This document shows, piece after piece, positions 1-9,221 of a DNA stretch of 64,000 nucleotides. The notes beneath the pieces were generated by a model. It did not search any database. It was given only the letters and a program-made list of their open reading frames with translations, and had not been told where the DNA came from. The position numbers and the translations under genes were made by a program. Position 1 is the first letter of the stretch. The number at the start of each line of letters is the position of its first letter. The DNA lies in the NCBI GenBank assembly GCA_963803145.1, contig CAWDLW010000018.1, positions 32,001-96,000 on the forward strand, read 5' to 3'. Source of the stretch: Methanotrichaceae archaeon (GTDB lineage: Archaea > Halobacteriota > Methanosarcinia > Methanotrichales > Methanotrichaceae).

Positions 1-546
1 GGAATAGTGGTTAACTCAAAAAGGCATTTAGGTCGATTTGTGGGTTTCCAGTTAGTTATCTAAAACAGTGCATATAATAGTACATACATTCCAGGTCGTA
101 GATCCTCAAGCAGCTCTAGGGTGGGCATCGAAAAGGCTTAGGCGATTTCGAAGAGCGTACTTAAAACCTAAGCTTCAACAGGCTTATTCTTCCCTATATA
201 CTTCGATCTGCTCTTCCCACCCTTCTTGGAATACAGATACCAATAAGGTCCATGCAGCTCCCCGCCAGGCTTTGCACAGTGGCACGATGGCTTGCCGCAT
301 TTCACCGTCTGTTGAACATATGAGCCGCCACTCCTGGCAGGCTTAACCTCTATGATCTCAGTGCCCTTCTCCTTGGCTCGCTCCTGTATTTCCAAGGCTT
401 CGAGCTGGGATTCAAGGATGGAAATGGCATTGTCTATCCAGGCCCTCTGCTCCCGGAGCACTTCAATCCTTTTTTTGAGGTCTCCAGCGCTCATAATGTC
501 TTATGTGTAATCACTAGAATATCAATTTAGCTATGGCATATAAGAC
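1..546. repeat. Long direct repeat, copy 1 (runs off the window start); copy 2 at 16078-16623
   Basis: Co-linear high similarity at offset 16077, e.g. TTAACTCAAAAAGGCATTTAGGTCGATTTGTGGGTTTCCAGTTAGTTATCTAAAACAGTGCATATAA in both copies; includes the DUF6788-like gene. Confidence 0.95.
168..494 (-). CDS. DUF6788-like small protein (coiled coil + CGKxxCxC...HGPYWY motif)
   Basis: Motif KCGKPSCHC-x6-LHGPYWYLYSKKGGKSRSKYIGK; a paralog is present at 16245. Confidence 0.8.
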   Translation of the reverse strand: MSAGDLKKRIEVLREQRAWIDNAISILESQLEALEIQERAKEKGTEIIEVKPARSGGSYVQQTVKCGKPSCHCAKPGGELHGPYWYLYSKKGGKSRSKYIGKNKPVEA

Positions 547-674
547 GCTGCATCCAGCTCTCTTTGAAAGCATACAGCCAATCCAGAATTAGCGCTTAAT
601 ATGCCTATCTTCCAAAACTATTTGTAGTATAATCGGATATACATTCAGGATACAGAATTTAGGGGGCTGTAGCA

Positions 675-1052
675 ATGACGGAAAACAGCATAAGGGTACT
701 TGAAGATAGGGATAGATTGTTTATAGATACCCTGCAGAGCCTGGGCGTTCGAAGACAAGAGGCAACCCTGATTGTCTGGATGAATGGGGCGGGAGAGGTT
801 TCCTCTAAGGATATTGAACGAGGTGCAGGTCTTGGACAATCAGATGTAAGCAAGATCTTGAAAGCAATGCGGGAGAATGGCTGGATAGATACTTCAGAGA
901 CTAATAATTCAGCAAAAGGCAGGCCTAGGAAGATCCACTCACTCAGTGCCTCATTGGATGATATCGTAAGGCACTATGAGCTGCAAAAGCTCAGGGAATC
1001 CATTTCGATCAGGAAATCAATACAGAGGTTGAAGGTGCTCGCAACAGCCTAA
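675..1052 (+). CDS. Winged-helix transcriptional regulator (ArsR/MarR/TrmB-like)
   Basis: SSKDIERGAGLGQSDVSKILKAMRENGWI HTH followed by the wing KGRPRKIHSL. Confidence 0.85.
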   Translation: MTENSIRVLEDRDRLFIDTLQSLGVRRQEATLIVWMNGAGEVSSKDIERGAGLGQSDVSKILKAMRENGWIDTSETNNSAKGRPRKIHSLSASLDDIVRHYELQKLRESISIRKSIQRLKVLATA

Positions 1053-1159
1053 GTTTGAGGGGTTCATAGAATTTGGTATACCCAATGCTAAACTCCTAAT
1101 CATTTTCTTTTCTCATAATGGATCAAATTTATATAGCTATTTGACCATATATTAGAATA

Positions 1160-2038
1160 ATGCGATTAAGCGAGAACGAGGTCGAGGCCCTGGTCCAAGT
1201 AACCGGTTCAGAGAGCACAATCCATCCTCGAGATCTCTCTCAGGACTTCGGGATAAGACCGGAGACGGTATCAAGGATCACCACTCGCCTTGAAGAAAAG
1301 GGTCTTTTGGAAAGGGAAGATCATAGAATAGTCCTAGCGGAGGCTTCACCAGCCGAGAGCTTCAAAAGGCTATATTATACTCATAGAGCATCTCCTTTCC
1401 AACTCATACTCGCCGATAGGAGGGTTGATCTTCTATACAGGCTGGACCAGAATCCAGAGAGCGTAGAAACGCTGTCAACAGAGACCGGCCTCCCCAGCAA
1501 GACAATATACTATTACCTGAAGGATTTCATTATATTGGGCATAGTGAGAAGAACCAAGAGTGTGCGGGGTTATCTATACTCTTTCAATTACATTCTATGG
1601 GGAGAGCTAAAGGATTTCGTAACCTCTCTATGGGAGTATAGGTTTAGACGCCTTATACCTAGGGATGCTCTGCTGATAAAGAGCTACAGTGATAGTGTCC
1701 TATTCAAGAGCATTAGACATCATGATGCCACACCAACATCATTTAGCGCCTACAGAGATTACGGGATCGACCTAGGCCTCAGAGATAACTATTATACGTT
1801 GCCCAAGAGAGAGCTATCCATAAAAGAAGTATTCATCCACTCCCTTGATTCTGCAGAGACCCTGCAGCAGAGGCTCTTTTGCATATTGTTCTACTTAAAA
1901 AACAGGGATAAACTGGAAGGCATCGAGCATCCTATGATAAGAGATATTAAGGCAGTTCTTCAGGGCGAGAGAATAAGGGGCTATCCATCCATTGAGGACA
2001 TAAGAGACAGGGCTGAGCTATATGACATCGAACTTTGA
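1160..2038 (+). CDS. Double winged-HTH protein, putative antitoxin/regulator partner of the downstream nucleotidyltransferase
   Basis: Two HTH-like segments (ETVSRITTRLEEKGLL; TLSTETGLPSKTIYYYLKDF); overlaps the next gene; paralog at 21896. Confidence 0.8.
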   Translation: MRLSENEVEALVQVTGSESTIHPRDLSQDFGIRPETVSRITTRLEEKGLLEREDHRIVLAEASPAESFKRLYYTHRASPFQLILADRRVDLLYRLDQNPESVETLSTETGLPSKTIYYYLKDFIILGIVRRTKSVRGYLYSFNYILWGELKDFVTSLWEYRFRRLIPRDALLIKSYSDSVLFKSIRHHDATPTSFSAYRDYGIDLGLRDNYYTLPKRELSIKEVFIHSLDSAETLQQRLFCILFYLKNRDKLEGIEHPMIRDIKAVLQGERIRGYPSIEDIRDRAELYDIEL

Positions 2039-2711
2039 AAGGATATCTCGCCAGGAGGAGGTAGAGGAGTTCTTCGAGCAGCTAGGTGCTGCTTTATCTC
2101 GGCCAACTCAGGTATTGCTTATCGGCGGAGCTGCCATGCTTAAGTTCAAGCTGAAGGAGTCCACCAAGGATATAGATGTAGTCTGCAGAACTGATGAGGA
2201 TAAGGATGAGATCCTGCGCTGTACTCAGCGGCTAGGCTATCAGCCCACAGGCCCAAAAGAGAGACATGCCAGGCTGGGGCTTAATAGAGTTGCCATAAAG
2301 GGTGGGAGGACACTAGACATCTTTGCAGGAAAGATATCCTACGACTTTGGGCTGAGTGATGCCATGTGGAACCGTGCTCGAGTCCGCAAAGCATTCGATA
2401 AGGTAGAGGTGAGATATGCCTCCCTTGAGGACATCTTCATAATGAAGCTGATCGCTAACAGGGAAGGAGATGCATCTGACTGTGCCGTGTTGATTCCTGC
2501 TGGCCTCGATTTTGATGCGGTCTACAATGAGATCGAGGCTCAATACCTCAAGGCTTCAACAGATGAAGACCAGAAGATCTGGATAACCTATATCGAGGAG
2601 GGCATAGGGCGGCTTGAAGAAGATTATGGGGCAACGATACCTATTGCCGATAAGATCTCTGAGCTGGCGAATGGCTATAGGGAGAGGCTATATCTTAAGA
2701 GCCTATCCTAA
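2022..2711 (+). CDS. DUF6036/AbiEii-like nucleotidyltransferase; extreme C-terminus replaced by IS5 insertion
   Basis: LIGGAAM...TKDIDVV motif and EDIFIMKLIANREGD; removing the IS restores the ending YLKLSSSQTS*. Confidence 0.82.
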   Translation: MTSNFERISRQEEVEEFFEQLGAALSRPTQVLLIGGAAMLKFKLKESTKDIDVVCRTDEDKDEILRCTQRLGYQPTGPKERHARLGLNRVAIKGGRTLDIFAGKISYDFGLSDAMWNRARVRKAFDKVEVRYASLEDIFIMKLIANREGDASDCAVLIPAGLDFDAVYNEIEAQYLKASTDEDQKIWITYIEEGIGRLEEDYGATIPIADKISELANGYRERLYLKSLS

Positions 2712-3233
2712 AACCCTCCATAACATCAAGATGGGAGATAAGGTAACGATGCCTAGGTAAGATTCCTCTAATCTTTCATACCTTGGTAAGACCTTTTTAG
2801 TGGCTTCAATCCAGCTGAAGAACCTTTCTACCGCGCTTCTGCCTTTATAGATAATTTTATCAAGCTTTTTGGGCCTACCTATCTTTTTGTTTTTGCGGTT
2901 TCTGATGTTTACAGGTATATTGGTCTTTATTCCTCGACGTTTGTTATAATCCCGAATAGCATTAGTATCATAAGCGGTATCTGCATTAATCAATTTAGGT
3001 CGAGTTATCGGAGCACCTACTAATAATTTTATATTCATTTTATCAATAGTAGGTAGATAAAGTTTTGAATCATGAGTATTAGCAGGAGAAATTAATATCG
3101 ATAACGGCAAGCCATTTTTATCTGTCAAAGCGCTAATCTTAGATCCTTTAACCCTTTTATTGCCGTCGTAGCCTATATTGCCCTTTTTTTGCGATAACGT
3201 CCTTGGTATCGATATTACAGCATGATAGATCAA
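2703..3233 (-). CDS. IS5 transposase OrfB (DDE part, joined by probable -1 frameshift)
   Basis: KGSKI...ANTHD...ADTAYD...YKGRSAVERFFSW DDE signature. Confidence 0.9.
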   Translation of the reverse strand: MIYHAVISIPRTLSQKKGNIGYDGNKRVKGSKISALTDKNGLPLSILISPANTHDSKLYLPTIDKMNIKLLVGAPITRPKLINADTAYDTNAIRDYNKRRGIKTNIPVNIRNRKNKKIGRPKKLDKIIYKGRSAVERFFSWIEATKKVLPRYERLEESYLGIVTLSPILMLWRVLG

Positions 3234-3507
3234 TTTTATCTTTATGATAGCCCATAGAGAGCAGAATATTGTTTATCTTCTGATAAGCCCCTGTTCTACA
3301 TAGCTCTAAATGAAGTTTATGAACAGTTGATTTAGTGCCGTACATTCTAGGTACATCTGTCCAATTCATGCCTGTTTTTTGAACATAAAGTATGCCATTG
3401 AATGTTTTCCTTAAATCGCATCTTGGCCTACCTGTCCAGGGCTTCTGCGCTGGCATAAACGGCCTAATAAGATCCCATAGATTATCATCGATTTCTTTGA
3501 ATACCAC
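3157..3507 (-). CDS. IS5 transposase OrfA (N-terminal DUF4096-like part)
   Basis: DNLWDLIRPFMP...GRPRCDLRKTFNGILYVQKTGMNWTDVP; A7GGG slippery run at the overlap with OrfB. Confidence 0.9.
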   Translation of the reverse strand: MVFKEIDDNLWDLIRPFMPAQKPWTGRPRCDLRKTFNGILYVQKTGMNWTDVPRMYGTKSTVHKLHLELCRTGAYQKINNILLSMGYHKDKIDLSCCNIDTKDVIAKKGQYRLRRQ

Positions 3508-3621
3508 GAGTTATATAAATCATTGTACTATGATTTATAGTTTTAGGATAGGCTCTAAATTAAGCTCCTCTCAAACAAGTTAATTGTAGTGAAATTGTCG
3601 GAGCTGCAAGCTGGTGGACTC

Positions 3622-3807
3622 ATGACTGAGCAAAACAGCAATTACATAAAGAAGGAAGTCGGCAAGTTTCTTTCCGATATCTGGAGAATCAAAGGGCTGT
3701 CGGAGCAAGAGTTTGGTCCAAACCATCCTATCACAAAGAAGCTAAGCAGTATGCATATTGATGCTCAGGCATTATTGCAAGAGAATTATGAAATCCAAGA
3801 CCGATAA
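3622..3807 (+). CDS. Small hypothetical protein
   Basis: 61-aa ORF with GGTGG upstream of ATG; plausible composition; no recognised motif. Confidence 0.55.
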   Translation: MTEQNSNYIKKEVGKFLSDIWRIKGLSEQEFGPNHPITKKLSSMHIDAQALLQENYEIQDR

Positions 3808-4051
3808 ATGCGCCATCTAGTTTGCGCCGAAGACCCTTGCCCAAGTTAGCTATCCCATGAATATAGGGCAGCTTTTCGACCCCCTATCCACATCCGATCC
3901 CTAGATCTTCGATCCTAGGGCATTATAGAAATTAATTTTTCTAGATTTATGAAAAATTTGGTGATCAATTCTGAATGTCTTGGGTTTCTCAACGGCAAAT
4001 TTAGCGATGGCCTCTTCCCGGCAGTAATCTATCTTATTGAGACCTAAAAGG

Positions 4052-5158
4052 TTAAGCTGGGCCTGTATATCCCAGCTCCTTTGCCTTAGCGAAGGCAGCA
4101 TCAGCTTCCGTATTACGACCAAACATCTGGAGAGTAATACCTTTGTTGTACCAGGCCATCGCATATTGTGGATTCAGTTCAATAGCTTTATCGAAAGCCG
4201 TAAGGGCTTCTTCATATTTGCCCTGAATACCTAAAGCAATGCCTTTGTCAAACCAAGCCATTGCATTTTGCGGATCAATTTCTATGGCCTTATCGAAGGC
4301 TTTGATAGCTTCATCGTATTCACCCAGACTACCAAGAGCAGAACCTTTGTCATTCCAGGCTGCTGAAAGTTGTGGATTAATTTCTATAGCCTTTTCACAA
4401 GCTGTGATAGCTTCATCGTATTTGCCTAGGCCTTCAAGAGCAGCACATTTGTTGCACCAAGCCATTGCATATTGTGGATTAATCCCAATTGCCCTATCAC
4501 AGGCTTTGTTAGCTTCATCGTATTTACCTTGATTCTCAAGAGTTTCTGCTTTGTTATTCCAGGCACTTGCATACTGTGGATTAATCTCAATGGCCTTATC
4601 ATAAGCCTGTATGGCTTCATCGTGTTTTCCCAGCTCATCGAGAGCACTACCTTTATTGTACCAAGCTTCTACATTCTGCGGATCCAGCTCGATAGCCTTA
4701 TCGAAGGCCTGAATGGCCTCGTCATACTTGCCTTGATTATCGAGAACAAGGCCTTTGTTGAGCCAGGCTCCAACAAGCTGCGGGTTCATCTCTATAGCCT
4801 TATCGAAAGCTTTGATAGCCTCATCATATTTGGACTGTAAAAGGAAAACATTGCCTTTGTTACTCCAAGCTTCAGCAAATTGTGGATTTAGCTCGATGGC
4901 ATTATCGAATGCCTGAATAGCGCTATCATACTTACCCTGCCCAGAGAGAACAAGGCCTTTGTTGTTCCAGGCCATTGCATATTGCGGATTCAATTCAATA
5001 GCTTTGTCATAGGCTTGAATGGCCTCATCATACTTACCCTGATCATCGAAAGCATTGCCTTTATTTATCCAATCGGATGCAGTAGTCTGACATAAAGCTG
5101 GCGTAACCAATATTGCGGCCAGCAAAATAAAACCTAGAATCATCCTTGCCTTCGACAT
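4052..5158 (-). CDS. Exported tetratricopeptide-repeat protein
   Basis: Signal peptide plus about 9-10 34-aa repeats (AWxNKG...GKYDEAIxAFDKAIEINPQ). Confidence 0.97.
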   Translation of the reverse strand: MSKARMILGFILLAAILVTPALCQTTASDWINKGNAFDDQGKYDEAIQAYDKAIELNPQYAMAWNNKGLVLSGQGKYDSAIQAFDNAIELNPQFAEAWSNKGNVFLLQSKYDEAIKAFDKAIEMNPQLVGAWLNKGLVLDNQGKYDEAIQAFDKAIELDPQNVEAWYNKGSALDELGKHDEAIQAYDKAIEINPQYASAWNNKAETLENQGKYDEANKACDRAIGINPQYAMAWCNKCAALEGLGKYDEAITACEKAIEINPQLSAAWNDKGSALGSLGEYDEAIKAFDKAIEIDPQNAMAWFDKGIALGIQGKYEEALTAFDKAIELNPQYAMAWYNKGITLQMFGRNTEADAAFAKAKELGYTGPA

Positions 5159-5737
5159 TGTTTGAAGTTATTGAGGCAACTAGTGAAAAAGCTTTTGGAA
5201 GGCGCCCTTGGTAAATAGTCCATTGCCGTAGCTGATTATCTGCAGGTTTAGGGCAATCTTTCAATCCTATCTCATGTCCAAGCCCGAGATCTTCGATCCT
5301 GGGGCATTAGAAATTAATTTTCCAAAGTTTATGAAATATCAATAATCAGGACTGGGTGCCTTGGTTCTCCCTGCAGCAAATCTGGCAACGATTTCTTTCC
5401 GGCGTCTCCATCTCTGTGCATCCCTTTCCAGGTCCTCCAGCTCTATCAACTGTCGTCCTGCTCATTCTCGAGGCCGCCTCTGTACTTCCGGGAATGATCC
5501 ATTGCTAGGAGTTTATCAATAGGAAATGATAGCATAGCCACAAGAGTTCTGCCCGGCGGATGCTTGCAAAGTATAGATCGAGAATAATAGCGTATCACAA
5601 GAGAAGTGCAGGCGTGTTGAAGAGAGCAGCGGATAATGGTATGAAAAGTAGCGACGGGCTGCTAGCTCAATCGATATGCCTCTGAAAGTTACTAGTAAAA
5701 AAGGTTTCAAGCTCTACTTATAGTGAAGCTGTTAGGC

Positions 5738-6940
5738 TCAAACAGATGATTTTGCATCTGGCTCGGCGCTTTCAGCCGCACCTATGTCTCTGCGAAGTAG
5801 CTCAATCCTCCTATCCAGTGAATCAATGGAGTACATCCGCGTGATGCCAAGAACTGCCTCCTCAATCAGCGGCAAATGTGCGCAAAGCTTCTGTGAGTCT
5901 TCAGGCGATTTATCGAAGGCTTGCTCATAGGTAAGCTCGCATATTCGCCGCTGCTTGGCGGGATCAGACCATTTCGCTTTGCAGGAAGTGAGCGTTTCTT
6001 CAGCGTCTGGCATTGGATTCTTGCTCATCTCGACCTGCCACATGGATGCGATGAGGTCCTGTTGCATGACGCGCATGCCAACCGCTACGGGTTCATCCTC
6101 AGGTGTTTTCGGATCGTCCTGCAGTTTCTTGACCGCGTTGTAGATGAAGCTAGGATGGTTGGCGGCCAGCACCGGCACAGTTGGCCCAGACGGGAGCTTG
6201 AGCGTCGCTAGCTCCAAGACACTCAGGTCGAGCTTGTACTGTTCTTTCAGCCATGCACGCACGGGGCCACCGAACGCAACCAAAGGTCGCACGCCGCCCC
6301 CGGAACTTGGAATCCACAAGTTAAGGAGTCCGTTGATATAGCCAGAGTAGAAGGAGTAGACGCCTTCCAGGCTCTTGCCATCGTTCGACGGCGCCGCAAT
6401 GGGTGCGATGTCAATGATGTTCTGGAGCCGAACGGTTTCATCAGGGGATGCCCCGTTCTCTACCAAGAGCGCGGCCCAGCGCAACGTTGTATGGGCCAAT
6501 AGATAATCTTGGTCACGTTCAAGAACATAGTCCGGCGGAAAATGCAAGAGTTGCACTGAGCGATGTCGTGTCATTGATACGCCGTGAGGAAGAAAGAACG
6601 TCCAATTGTAATGCCACTTTTTCTCATTCCAAAGGCTTTTACTTGCGTCCAGGCCGAGCTGACCCACCGCCAGGTACTCGGGCAGCAACTTGGCGTATGC
6701 CTCTGCTGCGCTTCCGCTCACGCTTGCAAAGACGGTGCCATCTTGGTTAACTACTTGGACTGAAGAGTCGGTAAAGCCATCGCGTTGAATAGACGCTGTC
6801 AAGTAGTGGGCAACCGTCTCTTCAAGCGTCTGTTTAAGAAAGCAGACCGTGTGGCAATTATTCGGGAAAGAGAACAGATCTCGAACTTGCGCAATAGGTC
6901 CGAGCGGGATTCGCTCAACATTTGCCATAGGTTCCTCCAT
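5738..6940 (-). CDS. Hypothetical 400-aa protein, possible UDG-superfamily-like domain; visibly GC-richer than its flanks
   Basis: Long ORF; RPLVAFGGPVRAWL...VPVLAANHPSF resembles the C-terminal motifs of uracil-DNA glycosylase-like folds. Confidence 0.75.
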   Translation of the reverse strand: MEEPMANVERIPLGPIAQVRDLFSFPNNCHTVCFLKQTLEETVAHYLTASIQRDGFTDSSVQVVNQDGTVFASVSGSAAEAYAKLLPEYLAVGQLGLDASKSLWNEKKWHYNWTFFLPHGVSMTRHRSVQLLHFPPDYVLERDQDYLLAHTTLRWAALLVENGASPDETVRLQNIIDIAPIAAPSNDGKSLEGVYSFYSGYINGLLNLWIPSSGGGVRPLVAFGGPVRAWLKEQYKLDLSVLELATLKLPSGPTVPVLAANHPSFIYNAVKKLQDDPKTPEDEPVAVGMRVMQQDLIASMWQVEMSKNPMPDAEETLTSCKAKWSDPAKQRRICELTYEQAFDKSPEDSQKLCAHLPLIEEAVLGITRMYSIDSLDRRIELLRRDIGAAESAEPDAKSSV

Positions 6941-7299
6941 AGGTGAATGAATTGTCTGCTAGCTGTGCGTTGCAATGACCAACGTTCCACATCAGCTGCC
7001 GAGCGATGATAGCAAGACTCGAGGGCAAACCTGAACGAATGCTGTGTTGGATGCTGGCCATAAGATCGTCCCTGGGGCGATGATCTATGGAGACCACATA
7101 ATATTTATCGCAATGAGGATAATAAATCCTTTTTTTGAAATTCTTTATAGATGTCCTATTCATTGCTATCGTCTAATACTAAATAAGGAACTAAGATAAA
7201 TAATTTCTGATCTATGAATACTAATCTAAACAACTACAATTTTGGAGATGGATGATACTGAAAGAATGCGCTTTTTTTAGGCTCATATTTGCTTGCCTC

Positions 7300-7505
7300 T
7301 TAGCACCCTGCGTTGCCGCAAAGGCCATCCCCCGCGCCTAGGCAGAGAAGGTTCCAGCCCTAACTGTGGATTGCAGATGGATAGGGATATTAATGCCGGC
7401 GTGAACATTCGCACCCTCGGACTGAGGGGAAGAGCCTATCGAGATTCTGCAATAGCAGATCGTTGAAGTAGGAAGCCTCGCTCTTCAGGGCGGGGAGGAA
7501 GTCAC
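7300..7505 (+). pseudogene. tnpB: IS200/IS605 tnpB 3' remnant with right end
   Basis: Encodes PNCGLQMDRDINAGVNI (Zn finger end + RuvC-III); subterminal hairpin CCTCGCTCTTCAGGGCGGGG; ends in TCAC (7502-7505). Confidence 0.85.
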
Positions 7506-7546
7506 ACGTTCGCCTTATCTAGCAGAGTCACAATCAGGTAGTCTAC

Positions 7547-8176
7547 CTATTTCATGTTGCTCCCGTCTGGAACCACGACATTCATAAGGATTTCTTTTAT
7601 AGTCCAAATATGATCAGTCAAACCTGCAGCCATAGCTGGAGATCTTTGCGTCCAGCGTCGCTTTGATTCTGCTGAATCGATTCGTAACGACTTGTTAGGC
7701 CTGGCCAAATTATAAACCCAATCTTCCCAGGCACAAGAAACCCTATGCATCTCGATCTCTTTAGAGAAAGAAATGGTCTTTCTAACAAATCGCCCATTCA
7801 TCTGTCTGGATGTTAGATGAGTCCTCTCGATATAGGCAGTATGGGTGCCCATTAGATCACAGACCCCTTTCGTATCACCAAAGACAACTTTGTAGTGGAT
7901 ACTAACAAGATGCCCTCCAGATCGTGTTTTGATTATCTGAATGCATTTCCAATCAGGCTCAGACTTCTTTCGAGTAGGCGGTCTTCCTCTACCAGAGTAT
8001 TCAGGTACTTTCCCCCAAGTCTCGAGCATGGCCTCCGGATAACTATCATAGCCATCAGTAGCGATAGCAGGAGGTTTATCCGGATTACCACGAGCCTTCA
8101 ACTGGGCCATCAATTCCATAGAGACTTCGCTTTCACTCTTCCTGATTGACCGCCCAACTCTAAGGCGAGTATCCAT
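7547..8176 (-). CDS. IS1 transposase InsB-like DDE part
   Basis: ATDGYDSY, HTAYIERTHLTSRQMNGRFVRKT, SPAMAAGLTDHIWT; a -1 shift joins it to InsA via GYPEENDRGSFWRGTTID. Confidence 0.9.
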   Translation of the reverse strand: MDTRLRVGRSIRKSESEVSMELMAQLKARGNPDKPPAIATDGYDSYPEAMLETWGKVPEYSGRGRPPTRKKSEPDWKCIQIIKTRSGGHLVSIHYKVVFGDTKGVCDLMGTHTAYIERTHLTSRQMNGRFVRKTISFSKEIEMHRVSCAWEDWVYNLARPNKSLRIDSAESKRRWTQRSPAMAAGLTDHIWTIKEILMNVVVPDGSNMK

Positions 8177-8178
8177 AT

Positions 8179-8688
8179 CTATCGTTGTACCGCGCCAGAA
8201 GCTACCACGATCGTTCTCTTCTGGATAGCCCCCTTTTCGCCTTTATTTCCTACGTATGACCACATAGCATCCAGTTGAACACGAGTCAGTTTATAGTTTG
8301 CAAGCATTAGAGCCTCTAGCTCTTCAACGTGGCTAGCTGCTTCGTGAAGCCAATCCATAACTGTTTCTTCTTTAATCCCCATAACCCGATGGATGGATGC
8401 CAGACTATTGCGTTCGGCCAGCAAGGCTAAGCATTTTAGAATTGTATCCTGGCTATGATGGCGACCATAGAATACTGTACCTATGTTTTCAACGAATGTC
8501 TTCCCACAGGTCTTACATCGATAGCGTTGTGTTCCTTTGGCGGTTCGGCCAAATTTTATGATGTTTTCATTTTTTACTTTGCAATAGTCGATACACTCTT
8601 GGTTCCAGCAAAACGTGCTTGGAGGAACCAATTGTTCATTCATCATTGTATTCCTCCAATTATATGATTGCAGTTGATAATATAACAA
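8179..8688 (-). CDS. IS1 transposase InsA-like part (Zn finger + HTH)
   Basis: CWNQEC...GTQRYRCKTCGKTF, then HTH, then QLDAMWSYVGNK; slippery A_AAG_GGG near 8229-8236. Confidence 0.9.
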   Translation of the reverse strand: MLYYQLQSYNWRNTMMNEQLVPPSTFCWNQECIDYCKVKNENIIKFGRTAKGTQRYRCKTCGKTFVENIGTVFYGRHHSQDTILKCLALLAERNSLASIHRVMGIKEETVMDWLHEAASHVEELEALMLANYKLTRVQLDAMWSYVGNKGEKGAIQKRTIVVASGAVQR

Positions 8689-8693
8689 CTTAT

Positions 8694-9221
8694 CTAAGGT
8701 AGACTACCCACAATCAAGGATTTCTTCAATCTATCCATTTTCGACGTTATTTCAGACACTGCGGGATATTGTGGTTTCCACATGTTCTCTGTAAAGATCA
8801 CAGTAGCATTCTTTTGGGTGTATCCCTGAATTTCATACGTGAGTGATTGTGTAGGGTTTTTGTAATTCTGCACTGCCTTTGAATATGGGCCTATTTCGTT
8901 CTCAATTGATTGGGTTATTAGACCGCCATCAGGAGTTCCATCTACTGTCTTACTCTGCATCAAAACTAATAGATCCAAGAGCTGTGATTGTTGGGATAAT
9001 GGATAGCATCCTTCTTTGTGCATGGTAATGCCTAAAACAAAAACTCTATCATATCCTACAGTTACACCCGATGGATTTTCTGTTATATCCCATTCTACTG
9101 GGTAATCAAAACTCATGTTATGGCCACTGTATTTGATCCATTTATCTTCGCTATTTGGCTCCGCCCCGATAGGAAAAGCGAGAACCATTAGAACTACTGC
9201 TAATATCATATGGATTCTCAT
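8694..9221 (-). CDS. Exported protein (PsbP-like N-terminus), 3' end interrupted by IS1
   Basis: Signal peptide; YSGHNMSFDYPVEW; removing IS1 restores ...LIVTLLDKANV* ending at 7502. Confidence 0.8.
   Translation of the reverse strand: MRIHMILAVVLMVLAFPIGAEPNSEDKWIKYSGHNMSFDYPVEWDITENPSGVTVGYDRVFVLGITMHKEGCYPLSQQSQLLDLLVLMQSKTVDGTPDGGLITQSIENEIGPYSKAVQNYKNPTQSLTYEIQGYTQKNATVIFTENMWKPQYPAVSEITSKMDRLKKSLIVGSLP

Larger units (their letters stand above)
2699..3555 (-). mobile_element. IS5-family insertion sequence (two-ORF, IS427-like), 857 bp
   Basis: Perfect 16-bp TIR GAGCCTATCCTAAAAC (2699-2714 / 3540-3555); TAA target duplication (2696-2698 / 3556-3558). Confidence 0.95.
7537..8708 (-). mobile_element. 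IS1-family insertion sequence, 1172 bp
   Basis: TIR GGTAGTCTACCT at both ends; 8-bp TSD CACAATCA (7529-7536 / 8709-8716). Confidence 0.95.

Noticed and set aside
1104-1133. Fourth site A (ATAATGGA core at 1115-1122)
   Set aside because: The flanks do not match the inverted arms; an 8-mer match alone is expected by chance.
7320-7362. IS605 left end, which would make a complete non-autonomous element
   Set aside because: The stretch reads better as degenerate TnpB zinc-finger codons continuing into PNCG; no clear left-end hairpin.
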